Below are positions 39,410 through 52,059 of a DNA stretch of 64,000 nucleotides, piece after piece. Source of the stretch: Botryllus schlosseri (Eukaryota). A program made the translations under genes and the position numbers. Every line of letters begins with the position of its first letter. Within the stretch, counting starts at the first letter, position 1. A model generated the notes under the pieces. It did not search any database. It was given only the letters and a program-made list of their open reading frames with translations, and was not told where the DNA came from. The stretch covers positions 684,001 to 748,000 of the forward strand of contig CM119373.1 of the NCBI GenBank assembly GCA_051294905.1, in the 5' to 3' direction.

Positions 39410-41262
39410 GTTTGTGAAGATTCGTTGAGTATAGCAGTGTTATAAACCCTTTTTTCTCACATACATCTTCCTTCATTCCCTACGCGCTCATCATATTCCG
39501 TCAATCATCTTTTGGAATAGAAGTTTTGTGTTTGATTTATACCGACCTCAACATTCACTGTCAAGATTACACAGATTTCAGCGCCTATATTCGCTGCCCG
39601 ATCATTTGCATGCGGCAGGGAACAGGACTGTGATGCGCAAGACTGTTGTGGGATACACCAGACCCTCTTGCTTCGCTTTGCGATTCATTGCAAGACGAAA
39701 TTCACAGCTGGTGTACAATAAGCTCCCTGCTGTTACCAAGCTTTAGACAGTGCAGTGTGCAATGCAAGAGATAATTCACAGCTGCTGTATACTCGCCTCC
39801 CTGCTGTTACACTACTTAACCACATGGCAATTTGCATCACGTGGATATCATGAGATTTTTCTACCGCTCTCGTGGAACGCATGGATATATCTACGCGAAA
39901 CAGTCGGCTCTGCGATTCAATTGAGGTGGAGTACGAACATGTGGTATTGTGGCCGCATCAAGTTTTAGTTAAATTTACCGAATAAGTCTACGTGGGCCAT
40001 ACGTGGGCCACACAATTAGAATATAATTTCATTTGCTCAAAAGGTTCGAGCAAATATTTATCAAGGTTCCATTGCGGTTACCAATGTAGTTCGTTACTTC
40101 TGGACAGACTTGTATATACACCACCAATTTAGTTACTTTGCGGTCAACTGACCACTGTTGTTTTGAGCAATTCAAGTCAATTTTCAAAGCTGAATAGCTA
40201 TAGTTATATGATTGCGCAATTTGAAAATCCAGTGGTTTGTGTCGATAGTTTGTGCAGGCCTTGCTTTAGATTTCAGCTGATCATCTGTAATTTGCTGACA
40301 TCGTTGCATTTGTTTTATCATTCCAGTGTCTGTCTAGGTGTAACGCACATCAACGACATCAATAACTGAATAAATAAAAGCATCGGAGAAGCACAGCAGA
40401 AACACAGCATGTTATATTCAGCTGCAAATAATATTCATTGCAAAAGCCTCGGATCCGAAAGTAACTCGACCCACGTCAAATGGCTTGCTGGAGTCCGAAG
40501 AACTTACATCGATCAATCCTCGACAGGTTTATCGGATTTTCGACGACAAATCGTGTGTGATAGCGGGGCATCTTTTCACGGGAGTCCCAGGAAGGAATTA
40601 TTCCTCAGCCTTGAACCTTGCCACAAGGAAATTGAAATAGCTGATGGAAATTTTATTTTTGCCGAATGGAAAGGAACTATTCGTATCGTTTTATACCGAA
40701 ATGGCGAAGAATACGGCATTGCCAATTTACAGAATGCACTGTACGTACCAGACCTGCCAACAACTCTATTTTCTATACGAGCATTTGTTGCCAATAATAG
40801 CTATGAAGCTATTTTCAACTCGGAGCAATTCCGAATTTCTAATCAATGTGACGGGCAAACCATTGCAACCGGAACCTTGAAAAATGGCCTCTACTTGTTG
40901 AACTACCGCACATGTACGGAGAAAGAGATGAAGGAAGACCTATCATCGAGCACCAGACAATACGATAACATAATCCGTATGCCTCGAATATTCGAAATTT
41001 CACGCTTGTAAGATAGAAGTTATTGTGAATTGTGTATTAGTTGCTGACGGAATATATCCCTGGCTGACCAGCGTCGGCCCTAAATATACGGGTTTATTCA
41101 ACATGAATATATTATTCTATTATTCAATTGTATATTGACGATCTCCATGTAATGATAACATAATCATTACTGGACTAATTTCGATATTTTATGACGCCTT
41201 GACAATTGTCAGATGATACACACAAACGGGAGCTTAGTCGTAAAAGCCAGAAGCTCAGCGTG
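39410..41262 (+). repeat. Segmental duplicate of 27550-28159 plus 30370-31611
   Basis: Collinear non-coding and coding similarity from gaagattcgttga to agaagctcagcgtg. Confidence 0.85.
40409..41011 (+). CDS. Stand-alone Ty1/copia-type aspartic protease (copy B, 200 aa)
   Basis: CDSGASFH, IADG..KG, LQNALYVPDL..TLFSI and IATGTLKNGLYLL. Same ATG and N-terminus (MLYSAA) as copy A. Confidence 0.75.
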   Translation: MLYSAANNIHCKSLGSESNSTHVKWLAGVRRTYIDQSSTGLSDFRRQIVCDSGASFHGSPRKELFLSLEPCHKEIEIADGNFIFAEWKGTIRIVLYRNGEEYGIANLQNALYVPDLPTTLFSIRAFVANNSYEAIFNSEQFRISNQCDGQTIATGTLKNGLYLLNYRTCTEKEMKEDLSSSTRQYDNIIRMPRIFEISRL

Positions 41263-41304
41263 TCTTAGCTAAGTGGGTAACAAACTGTCTTAGCTAAATG
41301 GGTA

Positions 41305-41510
41305 ACAAACTGAGTTTAGAACTTGACAACATCCGCAAAATCTTACCTGATAACGTCATCACACGTCATCAGCCGTGGCATAGAGTGGAAATTAACGCAA
41401 TTCAATGCAGAAAAGTCAACTGAGCCGAACGAACGAACAGCCAAGGATGTTTACATCCATCTACCTTGGACTGGTCCCATTTCCACCCACTTTGAAAAAC
41501 GATTGATTTT
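41305..41510 (+). pseudogene. Penelope-like RT C-terminal/linker remnant
   Basis: Fragments LELDNIRKIL..PDNVI and VYIHLPWTGPISTHFEKRL resemble the PLE region between RT and GIY-YIG (recalled pattern). Frameshifted. Confidence 0.55.
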
Positions 41511-41511
41511 T

Positions 41512-41637
41512 GGAGGTGGAGCCTAGATTAACCTCCAACACTTAGGTATCGGAATTCGGAAGTCGACCTCGGTCGGACTCGAACCCGCGCCCATTAGTGT
41601 TGCATCCGCGGATTGTACCACTGCGCTATCTCGCCAC
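41512..41637 (-). mobile_element. tRNA-derived SINE, family A (head)
   Basis: Minus strand gtggcgagatagcgcagtgg...gggttcgagtcc with clean A and B boxes. Confidence 0.8.
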
Positions 41638-41754
41638 CGTATTATACTACTCGACTCGAATCATCACAATTAATACTCGATTCAGATTAGATTACTCGAA
41701 TCATTATGCCCAGCCCTAACAATGTTGTTTTCAATTCTGTACTAGTTGCTGACG

Positions 41755-41795
41755 ATTAGCCCTGACGAGTGTCAGCCGAAAATATTCGGGTTTAT
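41755..41795 (+). ncRNA. Minimal type I hammerhead ribozyme motif
   Basis: cc-CTGACGA-g(tgtcagc)c-GAAA-atat-TC-gg: complete core, palindromic aatatt stem III, UUC triplet. Predicted cleavage after 41787. Activity untested. Confidence 0.65.
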
Positions 41796-42217
41796 TCAAA
41801 TATGAATATACTATTTAATTGTATATTGATGTTCTGTACCTTCAAGAAGCTCTAATAACTTTTTATGGGCTACAAATGATTTTCAAAAGAGATATATGAT
41901 ACTGTAATTATATTGTCGGGCTTCTTGTACCGTTTGTTTCGACGCGGCACTGCAGTTCCAATGAGTCCTAATTTATCAGGCGTCGAATCCTGTCTGCTGT
42001 AGGCTGCTAAATCTTGGTAATGTAAACTAGGCAACCGTTGCGTATCGGTCTTCTTTGTATTCTCGAATGTAAACAAGCGGTCCAATTGAACAATATTGAA
42101 CAGCCTGGTCCTGCGCGGAGCGACAGTCGAAATGGTGGTTGCTCGTCCGATAGTTGGAGCGTAAGAAACAGTACGGTAGAAAATACCTGTGGACCACAGA
42201 CGACGCAACAATTAAAT

Positions 42218-43092
42218 CAGTGGTTCTTAACCTTTTTTGGTCCAGCGCCCCCTTAAGAAATTTCGTGGTCCGCCCCCCCTATTTTGGTATCATTCGGTTC
42301 GAGCCCGATGTAAATATCCCGAATTCACCTCTGCGATTGGCAATACTGGAAAGATGATTGCAGTATGCTTTGTTTTATTGCTTTGTGTGACTTAGTGCTG
42401 TCCCCAGCCCCCAGTCCCCAGCCCCCAGTTATTAACTTTAACATGAGTATATTCCAAACAAAGCAACCGGTATTACATAATGTTCATGAGAGGTTATGTT
42501 CATGAGAGGTTGTGGGTCAAAACACTAAACGATATGATCCTTCGTGATACGGGGAATAAATATTTTGACGATTTAATTTTGCATTGGTCCCAAATATAAC
42601 TGTATTTAGTTAATCATTTTCGCCAAACAGCATTAAAGCATCTTTAATGTACAAAGGGCTCTCACTCTCAAAAGTGGTAGGGCCTACACTGCCTGCCTCT
42701 TCGATTTCAACAAGCTGTGCGCTGCAGAATACAATACCTAGTTCGAAGCATTTTGTTGAAAACAGCCCTAACAAGCGTGACGAGACTGTTTTAACGGGTA
42801 ATTTACGATCTAAAAGTTCGTGCAATTCATTCAGCAACAATTATAACACACTTCTAACACGGTCGGAATATATTACACGCGGAGCGCGAAGAAAAATTTC
42901 GAGAGTTGACAGCTTGTTTCGAATGTTCATTTGCATTGAGAACTCATTATTCGTATATGTCCCTACTATACCATCTATTCTTCGATTTTTCTTCAGCGCC
43001 CCCATACCGCCCCTCTGAGTCCAGCTCCCCCCCTTCTAAATCCAAATCGCCCCTTGGGGGGGGGGCGCTTCGGACAAGGTTAAGAACCACTG
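42218..43092 (+). mobile_element. hAT MITE, CAGTGGTTCTTAACC family
   Basis: Perfect TSD aattaaat. TIR cagtggttcttaacctt / aaggttaagaaccactg. Confidence 0.9.
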
Positions 43093-43617
43093 AATTAAAT
43101 TAATCAATCAATCAGACCAAACAGAACAATTAAGAGTTGATGAGAAAAACGAACCAAATTCAGATAAAGGACAGTTAAATCATTGTGTCCTATATGGTGT
43201 GGACACTAGCAAATCTCACGGCTCAGTGAAATTGGTCTGCGTCACATTTGACGGTAATTTTTGACCGGCTTGTCGAGCATCAAATTTGATAAAACGGGTA
43301 TCAATCGAAAGCTGCCGCTGTACTTATTACGAAAATATAAATTTTATATCGCTCATGGCCCTGGAACCCCCACAATCTGCCTCGAATTTTTCAATGTTAT
43401 GAAGAGTGGTATAGTGACGCAACAAGGCTGTCTGGCGAAACGAGAGCGTAGCTTAGGAGCTAATGAGTGGGTGCGCGGCGAGAGTGAGTGCTCAGCGATT
43501 GTATTCACCAAGACAATCTGACAGAGTATTGCTGTTCAAAGAATTTCTGTAGTGAGAGGCTTTCAACGATTTGCTTTTGATCGAGACTTTGTGGGCGTAT
43601 GACTGTTTTGACATTGT

Positions 43618-43821
43618 TTAAGAAGCAAGGAAGCGGATACCAAATCCCATGTACGTACGTGACGCCTCGCTTCGAGGAATGAGAGGTTTGCCCTCTCTTT
43701 GACGATTCAAATGAATTTTTGCCTCGTCCTTGTAGACGGGGCACCCGCCATTAGCGACGCTATGATTTTCATTGCAGTTGATCAATTTTTTTTGGTTATT
43801 TTGGCATTCCTTGTGTATATA
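43618..43821 (-). pseudogene. LINE ORF1 (gag-like zinc-knuckle) distal part
   Basis: HKECQNNQKKLINCNENHSVANGGCPVYKDEAKI is the end of the second and the third CCHC knuckle. It continues in frame from 50995. Confidence 0.75.
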
Positions 43822-44576
43822 CACTCTTAGCGAAAAGAGTGGTTATACACACCCCAAAAGGTGGTACACGAAAACAGAACTTACGTAACCCTGCCGGTGT
43901 GAATGACCAGAATCCACCCCATTCCTTGCGGTGTATATCGGATATCTCACCCTAGCCATTAGAATTGATTGGGGCGGAATTTCAATATATACACCCCACT
44001 TGAAATCCTGCATCTTCTTCCAAATGGCACGCTATTGCAAATAAACTTTCTTGATTGCATATATTCGATATCAATTGAACCATAATAACATAAAATGGAA
44101 ACATATTTCGTGAAATAACAAAAACAGAGATCCCAGCGACGGAGAAAAAATTCACTGAAAATACTGCTCGAAGAACATTGCCCATGTAGTATTGGGAAGT
44201 CGCCTCCTCCAGGTTTCCGAAAAACGCTCTTGTACGGCGAAGGCTGAGTCACTATCTTCAGCAAGATCTTGTGGCATCATCCTGAAATCAAAATGCATAT
44301 TCACAACCCAAATAACAGGCACATATGCTAACATGCATAACTTAATGAAAGACCACAAAAATAGAAGCCATTACAAAGTATATATATTTTCACAAAGTAC
44401 TTACAAAAAATCAGATGTTACACTTGCTAAGGAATTGCAGCACAGACTGTGGTCCGATAGGGTGAACTTACCAATATAGGAAACATGTTCACACACGATC
44501 ACTGTACGTGTGGGCAATTAGGCATCGACAAGATGGAAATTGATGGATAGTTTTCATGCAAACCGCATGTAACAGG

Positions 44577-45715
44577 CAGACTTGGACAACTAGAAAACGT
44601 TCCCTTTTTCCAAATTGGATTGGAATTATAGTACAACTACAAGTTTTTTTTCGAATTAGATTAGAATTAGAATTTGAGCTACACAGTTGGAAATTAGATT
44701 AAAATTATAAATATAGCTAACAGTTTTTTTCAAATTAGATTAGAATTAGAATTACTGAAATCGCCAAAAGTTGAATCAAACTCCGTTATCATCAAATCAT
44801 AGTTCATCTTATGTGCATGAGAATAGCAAATTTCTACTGTACAGTAGGGGTGTTCAAAAATGACTTTTTCTTTCAAATCTACTGGCTACTCGATAGAATT
44901 GTTAGGTTACCTAATTGAAGCCTTCACACCAAATTTGGTTTGATTCCAACTAGTAGCCGCATTGCTACAGGAGAAGAAAGTTTTTTATTTATTATATGAA
45001 AATGAACGAAAAAAGATTTAAAATTTTCTGTTCACCCCATTAAATTGTTAGGTTGTCTATAGCAACAATGCTCAACCGATTTGGCTCAATTCCAACCAGT
45101 GGAAGCGGAGTTATTGCCGTCACAAAATTTTGGATTTTAATAAAATAGTATTTACGGTGAACGATTCTTTAATCATTTATGACTGTTGTGCCCACCGTAA
45201 ATACTATTTTATTCAAATCCAAATTTTTCGAAATCAATAACTCCGCTTCGGTTGGTTTGATTTGAGGCAAATTTGGTGGGCATCGTTTCTATAGACAACC
45301 TTACAATTTCATGGGTGAACAGTTGAATTTTTTTACTAATTTTTAAATAATAAATAAAATAACTTTCTTCTCCAGTAGCAATGCGGCTGCTGGTTGGAAT
45401 CAAACCAAATTTAGTGCGCAAGCTTCAATAAGGTAACCTAACAATTTTATCAAGTAGCGAGTAGAATTTGAGAATAAAAATTCATTTTTGAACACCCCTC
45501 CTGCACCGCAAGTTTGGCTCGTCTCGCATTCTACGGTTCTCCTGTAGCCTTTTCAGGAAACCCAGACATTAGATTAGAATTAAAATTACCGTAGACCATA
45601 GAAAGATTTCATAAATTCGATTAGAATTAGAATTAGAGCATAGAAACATTTCACAAATTAGAATAGCTTCAATTAGTATAATTAGACAACTGGAATATCT
45701 AGTTGTCCAAGTCTA
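44577..45715 (+). mobile_element. CAGACTTGGACAACTA MITE split by a hATm-type MITE
   Basis: TIR agacttggacaactaga / tctagttgtccaagtct. Confidence 0.8.
44845..45500. mobile_element. Palindromic hATm-type MITE
   Basis: taggggtgttcaaaaatga / tcatttttgaacacccct, whole element hairpin-like, TSD ctgtacag/ctgcaccg. Confidence 0.85.
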
Positions 45716-46372
45716 GCAACACAACCTGTGCCAGGAATAACTGAATATATCTTTGAAGATTGTTCCTGTTAGTAGTGTAGTGTCATATGCCATTAGTAAT
45801 TTTATATTAGTCGCGAAGATTCATATTGCAATTTTCAAAGTACAAACTTCCGAAAAACTACTTACCATACTTGACTATTTTTCCGACATTTCGTATTCTA
45901 CTTCCACTTGACGTAGTTTTGACTTGTATTGGGAACTGTTGCATCTACTTGTAATCGAGTATAAATTGACGGGGTATTTCTACATCGACTTGAGTAGCAA
46001 CGCTAGTAACTTTGACCATCTCTGCTTTGGTTTACTTCATATATGCGACTACGAAAGTTGACATCAGGTGTCGTTAACAAAGTTTTCATACCTGCTGGCT
46101 TGATAACGAGTCTTTCAGTTGTCGCAGCATACTCCTAAACTCGGTCAGTTCCAGTGATATAATCTTGCTCTTGGAGCATGCAGTCTTTAAGCAGCATCCT
46201 AAAATTTAAAAAATAATCAGAGAAAGAGATGCATGGACTTGGTTTAAATTTGACTACTTGGTATTAATCCAAAACACGAAACGTTTTCTAGTTGGGCAAT
46301 ATTGACTTTCAGAACGGATTCAAAGCGACCGCAGATACAGGTCTGATTAGGAAACCTTGACTTGCCTTGGCC

Positions 46373-46839
46373 CAGTGGTTCCCAACCTTTTTCGACCCAT
46401 CGCCCCCTTTTCAAGGTCAACACCGATCATCGCCCCCAAAATTTTGTGTACCGAAAATTGGGCATACAAACTGTAATCACCGGCGGGTTGACTAAAAAAA
46501 AGGTGACGAGTGTCAGCCGAAAATATTCGGGTTCATTTCAATATGAATATACTATTTAATTGTATATTGAAGTTCTGTACCTCCAAGAAGCTCTTCAAAA
46601 AAAAAGGTCAAATTTTCGGCTCGATGTCTAATTTGACACACTTTTGTAACTAAATTTCCGTGGGTTGACTAAAAAAAAAAGGTCAGCCGTTTTGACGCGT
46701 CATCGCCCCCCTATCGCACCTTCCTATTTTCGCCCCCCGTCGCCCCCTCTGTCCATTTTCGCCCCCTTCGTCATTTTCGCTCCCCTAGACCGCCAAATCG
46801 CCCCCTGGGGGGCGATATCGCCCACGTTGGGAACCACTG
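46373..46839. mobile_element. hAT MITE with cgcccc repeats
   Basis: TIR cagtggttcccaac / gttgggaaccactg, TSD ccttggcc/ccttagcc. Confidence 0.9.
46504..46596 (+). mobile_element. 5'-truncated hammerhead/Penelope-like repeat insertion
   Basis: Near-identical to 41763-41853. Flanked by aaaaaaaaggt on both sides. Confidence 0.75.
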
Positions 46840-49800
46840 CCTTAGCCTATACATGGAAATTTGCAAATTAGCTGAATGATAATGATTACCTTGGAATATA
46901 AGCTGTTTGATAACGATCCTTTACGATTTGGTTGAAATTCCATGATATTAGCTTGTATAGCAGCATCCTAAAATTGAAAAAATAACCATGAGGCATACGG
47001 TAAACGTTTAGTTGACAATTTGGATTGGATTCGAAAGGCCCACGACATCCGAAATGTGTACTGATGTTGTAGCCTTGACTTGCTTTATGCTTGTAAATAA
47101 GCGAGTTAACCCTTTTAAAATCTGATTCCGTATACGGAATCGGTCAACTTCATCTGGCCCTATCTTTATTTGTCTACGTCCTATAGGCTTCATTTTTGTT
47201 TGTAGGGAAAGCTAGCAATCTTCTGATTTATATGATACCTAATTCGAAGGCATAAGGCATGACAATTTTCGAGCACCGACGATCTTACATAAGGAGTTCG
47301 GCCGAAAATACGCATGCAGAAAAAAGTGGTTATCACCAAAAATTTCCAGATATTTTCCGAGTGGGAAATCTAGGCAGACATTCTGCCAGAACATTAGAAG
47401 TCGACTTTTACGGTGTTCTGTGTAATTTTTCACCGTCTCAAACATCAAAACTTGTTCTTGGAAGTATTCTGAAGGGGTTTGGTAATTGCGGTCACGCTTC
47501 GGTGATTTTCCAGAACATAGTTAAGTTCGTGACCGAATATGAGTCATAAACTGGTTTGCCATGCCTGCAAATGGCTGGATACGACAAGACAAAGTATACC
47601 ACGTTGTTTCATGCCATTAACTGGGTGGTCGGGGTCCGATTCGGTATTGATCTTGAAGTTGACCATAGTGACCACTTACTGACCACGCCCATATGTAAAT
47701 TTTTCATGTATTTTTGATTTTTCGATAACTGGCGAGCGGCATGGTTTACGGCCAAGGTTGACGGCTTGTTTGAAACCAGGCAACGGTGGCTACGCACTCA
47801 TGCATCATTTTTGACTCTCTGGCGCTATCCTGGGGGTCAGTCTTGAAGAATGAGAGAAAGAAAGAGATTTTTTAGAGAAAAAGTTTGTTTATTTAATTTA
47901 GTCTTATACAAAACCCTAGACATGTCTTGGGGTGTCGATCGAGGGCGGAAACGGTAGAGGGATATAGTCCGCCCACTTTTAAACTGAAACAGCCCCGAGT
48001 TAAGTCTTGCAGAGGTCACGGTATGAATTTGAAAAGTGATGGTCAGTTTCGCGAAAACTGACCAGATTTCAAAAGGGTTAAAGTACAATTTTGTAACTAT
48101 CCTACGCATAGTATATTACTCACCAACAACATATTTGATTTCACATTCACAGAGTAAGAGTCTGCTACTAATAGCAATCAGTCCTTGAATCTAACAAAAA
48201 GCAGATTTGTGCATATGCACAGATCGTGTGTATGTCATATCATGAGTCAAGAAGTGCATGTATTATGATTTGTTTATATTGATCGAAAGGATAGTTTGAT
48301 AAACTTTGGCAAGGCTATGTTTGCCTCTTCATATTGGTCAAAACATTGAAGACCCAGCTAATCCGTGCATTGTTGCACACCGAGTTGACCGCAGTAGTGC
48401 GCATTGCTACTCAAGCAATAGATGTCAATTTCTACTCAATGACAAGCATATAGAAATGGTTATGTCAAATCCATGTCAAGCTGCTTCAAATTAAAATAAA
48501 TATATGAACAGAACTCAGAGAAGTAGTTTCAAAAGAAGTAGTCTGGTTGATGGGTCACATACTCTTAACAGATAGTCTGAGTTGGTCACTGCAAAATATG
48601 TTCAATGAGGTAAGCCTGTTCCTAGTCAAGTCTCTCATATTCATAGTGATAGCAATATAGCATCGTCATATTTTCACCCATGTCATAATATCATTAACAT
48701 TTACTGGCCCCTATTTACGGGGATCGAAAGCTTTCATCAAATGTCCATTGCTCACCTTAGATACCATTGCTTCATATGCTTCAGCCCTTTGCTGTTTGTA
48801 TGTTACACTTGTTTTCTCATGAGGAGAAATCGATAATTTCATTCTTCAAGAGCCCCAAATTTGCGATCTTTGCCCATGCAAGTCTGAAGTAGAATAGATA
48901 ATATGTTTACCTTCCTACCATAACATAACATAACATATAATGTGTATATAGCTCAGTGATAATGACAGGGTGATAGGCCTATAAACATAGCTCTGCATAG
49001 TCAGTGGTAGGCTACCCTTTACACTTAAACAGGTCGTGATGTGCTTTGGTAATCAATATAACGACAATCGAGTCGATTTTTTTCTCAATGCCCTTACAAA
49101 CGATGTCGCACAAACCCAAATTACCGTAGTTTATAATCATAGCTAATGCTGGACCTGTCAACAGTATCTCCATTAGAGACATTGAGCTACTGTGTCTTGG
49201 AGATTGGTATCGGTACTGGTGATACAACAATTTATGTGAATTCAATGTATCGTCATTCGTCACTACCGGTACGTTTAAAATTCCAACTTGCTACATATAA
49301 TTCTGTTCAGTACAGCTGCGACACTGAGCAACAGGAATCGGATCTGTACTGGAAACGCAACGGAACAAATGTTCTATACTACAATAGTACAGATACGAAA
49401 TGTAACTCACCATCCAGATATTTTCAATCTCGAAAGAGGCTTTCTTCACAGATTCACGACGACTAATACGGTCAGTCGATAGCCAGTCTGGTCTCTTAAG
49501 CGCGGAAATACGGTATATAACGAAACATTTTACATAGCTGTAGCCAAACATAGCAGCAGCTGTTCTGGTGACGACGGTTTGTATATTCCATTATGATGTG
49601 ACAATTGACTCACTGATGTAATAACTATATTGAAGTTAAGGATCTCCGGAATATTTGTATGTATAATAATTGATTTATCGGAAATATGGATTTGATAGCT
49701 GTGAAGCTGCAGATTGCATCGTAATAAGCTTCAAAAAGTCTTCCAGTACTAGATTTATCTTCATAGATCGAACCATTGATACGATCCGAAAGCTGTATGC

Positions 49801-50994
49801 GAATTGTCGGTTAGGCTTAGTGTGCAATTCATAAAGCTACCAAATAGTGAATAACACATCAATATAGATATGAAAATAACCAGGAAACTTTGCCCAATTT
49901 AGTCCCTCTTTCGCCCAATTCAATGATTGTTCCGTGACGTAACCTGGTGTTCCATTCTAATTTGAATTCTTGCTACGCCCATATTGCGTACTGCTCATAT
50001 AAGTATGTGGCTGAAATTTAACTCCTTCTAGTATTCCCAGCTCTAAATACCCTTAACCTGCATTATATTGTGGTTATACACTAATGCTGTGCGGAATAGG
50101 CCCGATATATTTTGTACATATAGGCTACGTACAATGTACAATTGTGCATTTGACGTGACATGAAAGAAATTATAAACCAGTATCGTGACAACTTCATAAT
50201 GTGTCGTATTTTTGCGACACATTTGAGATACATCGGTCACACTATAGTAGACAGGGTGAAATTTCAGCCAAAGTAAGAGTACCGCAGTGCACGATAAATG
50301 TGAATTACAATATGATATTGCAGACTTAGCTATTATTCATTCATGTCAATATAGCACACGAATGTTATACAACGAATTCTTATTTGTCACTGAAGCTGAA
50401 ACTATATGCGTAGGCGAATTTACTTGATCGAACCGGGTTAAATCCATAAAAACTGAACAATGGAACATTGCCGAAGCCTACCCAAGAAGCCTTAAAGACA
50501 TGGACAACAATAAAGTGGGCGAAAACACGCATTTTCGGTGGATAATTCAACCCCAAAGAGAATATGTCCTACACGACCTACAGTTAGACACAGCAGAGAA
50601 GTTCTCAAGTCCCCATACAATGATCAGTATACAGTGATTCGACTGAATTTTTAACAAGAATGCAGACTTGCCGCACCCCTGCCTGCTTAACCAGGCTTCT
50701 GACCGACACAGGACTTAAAACTTCAACAGTCAAGTTTTGTGGAAGCGGCTAGCGCGGATTGAATCCCAAACTTCATATTTGTCTGACAAAAGGTGTAATC
50801 TTTAACAATTCACCCCAAATGCCAATGCTTTGGGTGTATATCTTATGGTATATGTGTGTAGGGGTGTGTTCGGCTCATTTCCACCAATAGCTTAGGTGTA
50901 AATGACAAATTCAGTACCCAATAGGTGTGATGACCCAAAACACACCCTACGCTAGGGTGTGCATTGCGAAAACACACCATTTTCGTTTACAGTG

Positions 50995-52052
50995 TATGGT
51001 CCATGGCGCCACCCGCCTTTTGTACAACTCCGTTTTCCGCGGCAAGATTTAGAGGTGTGGCCAAATTTATTGCATTTGACGCAGCGAGTTCGCGGTGGGT
51101 TGTAAGTGTTCGTACGGGAGAGTATGTAACCGAATGTAACATAGTTGGGTACCTCTGCGGAAGTTAAGTATCGTCTGCGGAAGTGAAGTATAGTAAGACG
51201 GACAGGACAGACTTGGCTCAAACAGCTCTCTATCCTCCGTTTCAGGTGCGACACGCTATTTGCTGACAGATCTTTTAGCAATTCGCTCTCCGGTATTTCT
51301 ACATGATCCCTTTTAATGACGGCGCGACCTGGGCATGGCTTCTGCGCTGAGTGAGATGTAACTTTGAAAGCAACTTTGATATTTGTGATCGTGTCACTAA
51401 ACGAATCGCAGCCTAACATTTTGGTAACTTGCTTCAGTTGCTTGTGATTATGACACGCAAAGAGAAGATCTCTCGAAGGAAGAGTCGCTTGATGACTGCG
51501 TAAAGAGCTCTATTCACTTTACCAGGATGATATCGCGTCGTCACCCTATCTATGCCCGAAATCATAACGTTCATACTATTGACGGGATCCGATTCAACTG
51601 TGGACCCCATGCTTGACACCGGTGAAGCGCTGCTCTGAATAATGCTCTGTTCCGAAGAAACATCAATTAGCTGGCTAGAAGGATGGCTGGGAAGTCATCG
51701 TAGCGTGGGGATCATCTACTGCTGCGAATTCCCTGGCAGGAATTTTTGGTATTATCGCAAGATCCAACAGCCCCCTCATCGCTAACTGAAGATATTGGAT
51801 CTTCCATTCTACGTTCGAGATTAGAGGATATATACCCTTCAACGCCTACCCTTCTCAAGGCAGGAAGTGGATAGGCACTGTAAACTGCCTGCCAAAGTTC
51901 GAAAGAGACAGTAACTTCACTGAACATGTACTACGTAAAGACCTGACCTCGCTGAGTATCGATACCTGACGAGAGTAATGACGACTAGCGATAATTACTC
52001 TTTCTCTTTCGCGAGAGACCTTCGGACTCGACGACGGTCATTCGAGAATGGC
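50995..52052 (-). pseudogene. LINE 5' UTR and ORF1 proximal part (I/Nimb/Jockey-like gag-type ORF1)
   Basis: YNPPRTRCVKCNKFGHTSKSCRGKRSC CCHC knuckle, preceded by VEIPESELLKDL. Upstream frames are broken. Confidence 0.75.
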
Positions 52053-52059
52053 TTTCAAA

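Larger units (their letters stand above)
43822..50994. mobile_element. EnSpm/CACTA-like element of 7.2 kb
   Basis: Ends cactcttagcgaaaa / ttttcgtttacagtg (12/15 match), 2-bp TA duplication, cacacc/ggtgt subterminal repeats. Removing it restores LINE ORF1. Confidence 0.75.

Noticed and set aside
41560..41637. tRNA-like sequences here and at 1615-1685 and 63520-63594 as tRNA genes
   Set aside because: Acceptor stems are poor and the sequences continue into shared SINE bodies and tails.
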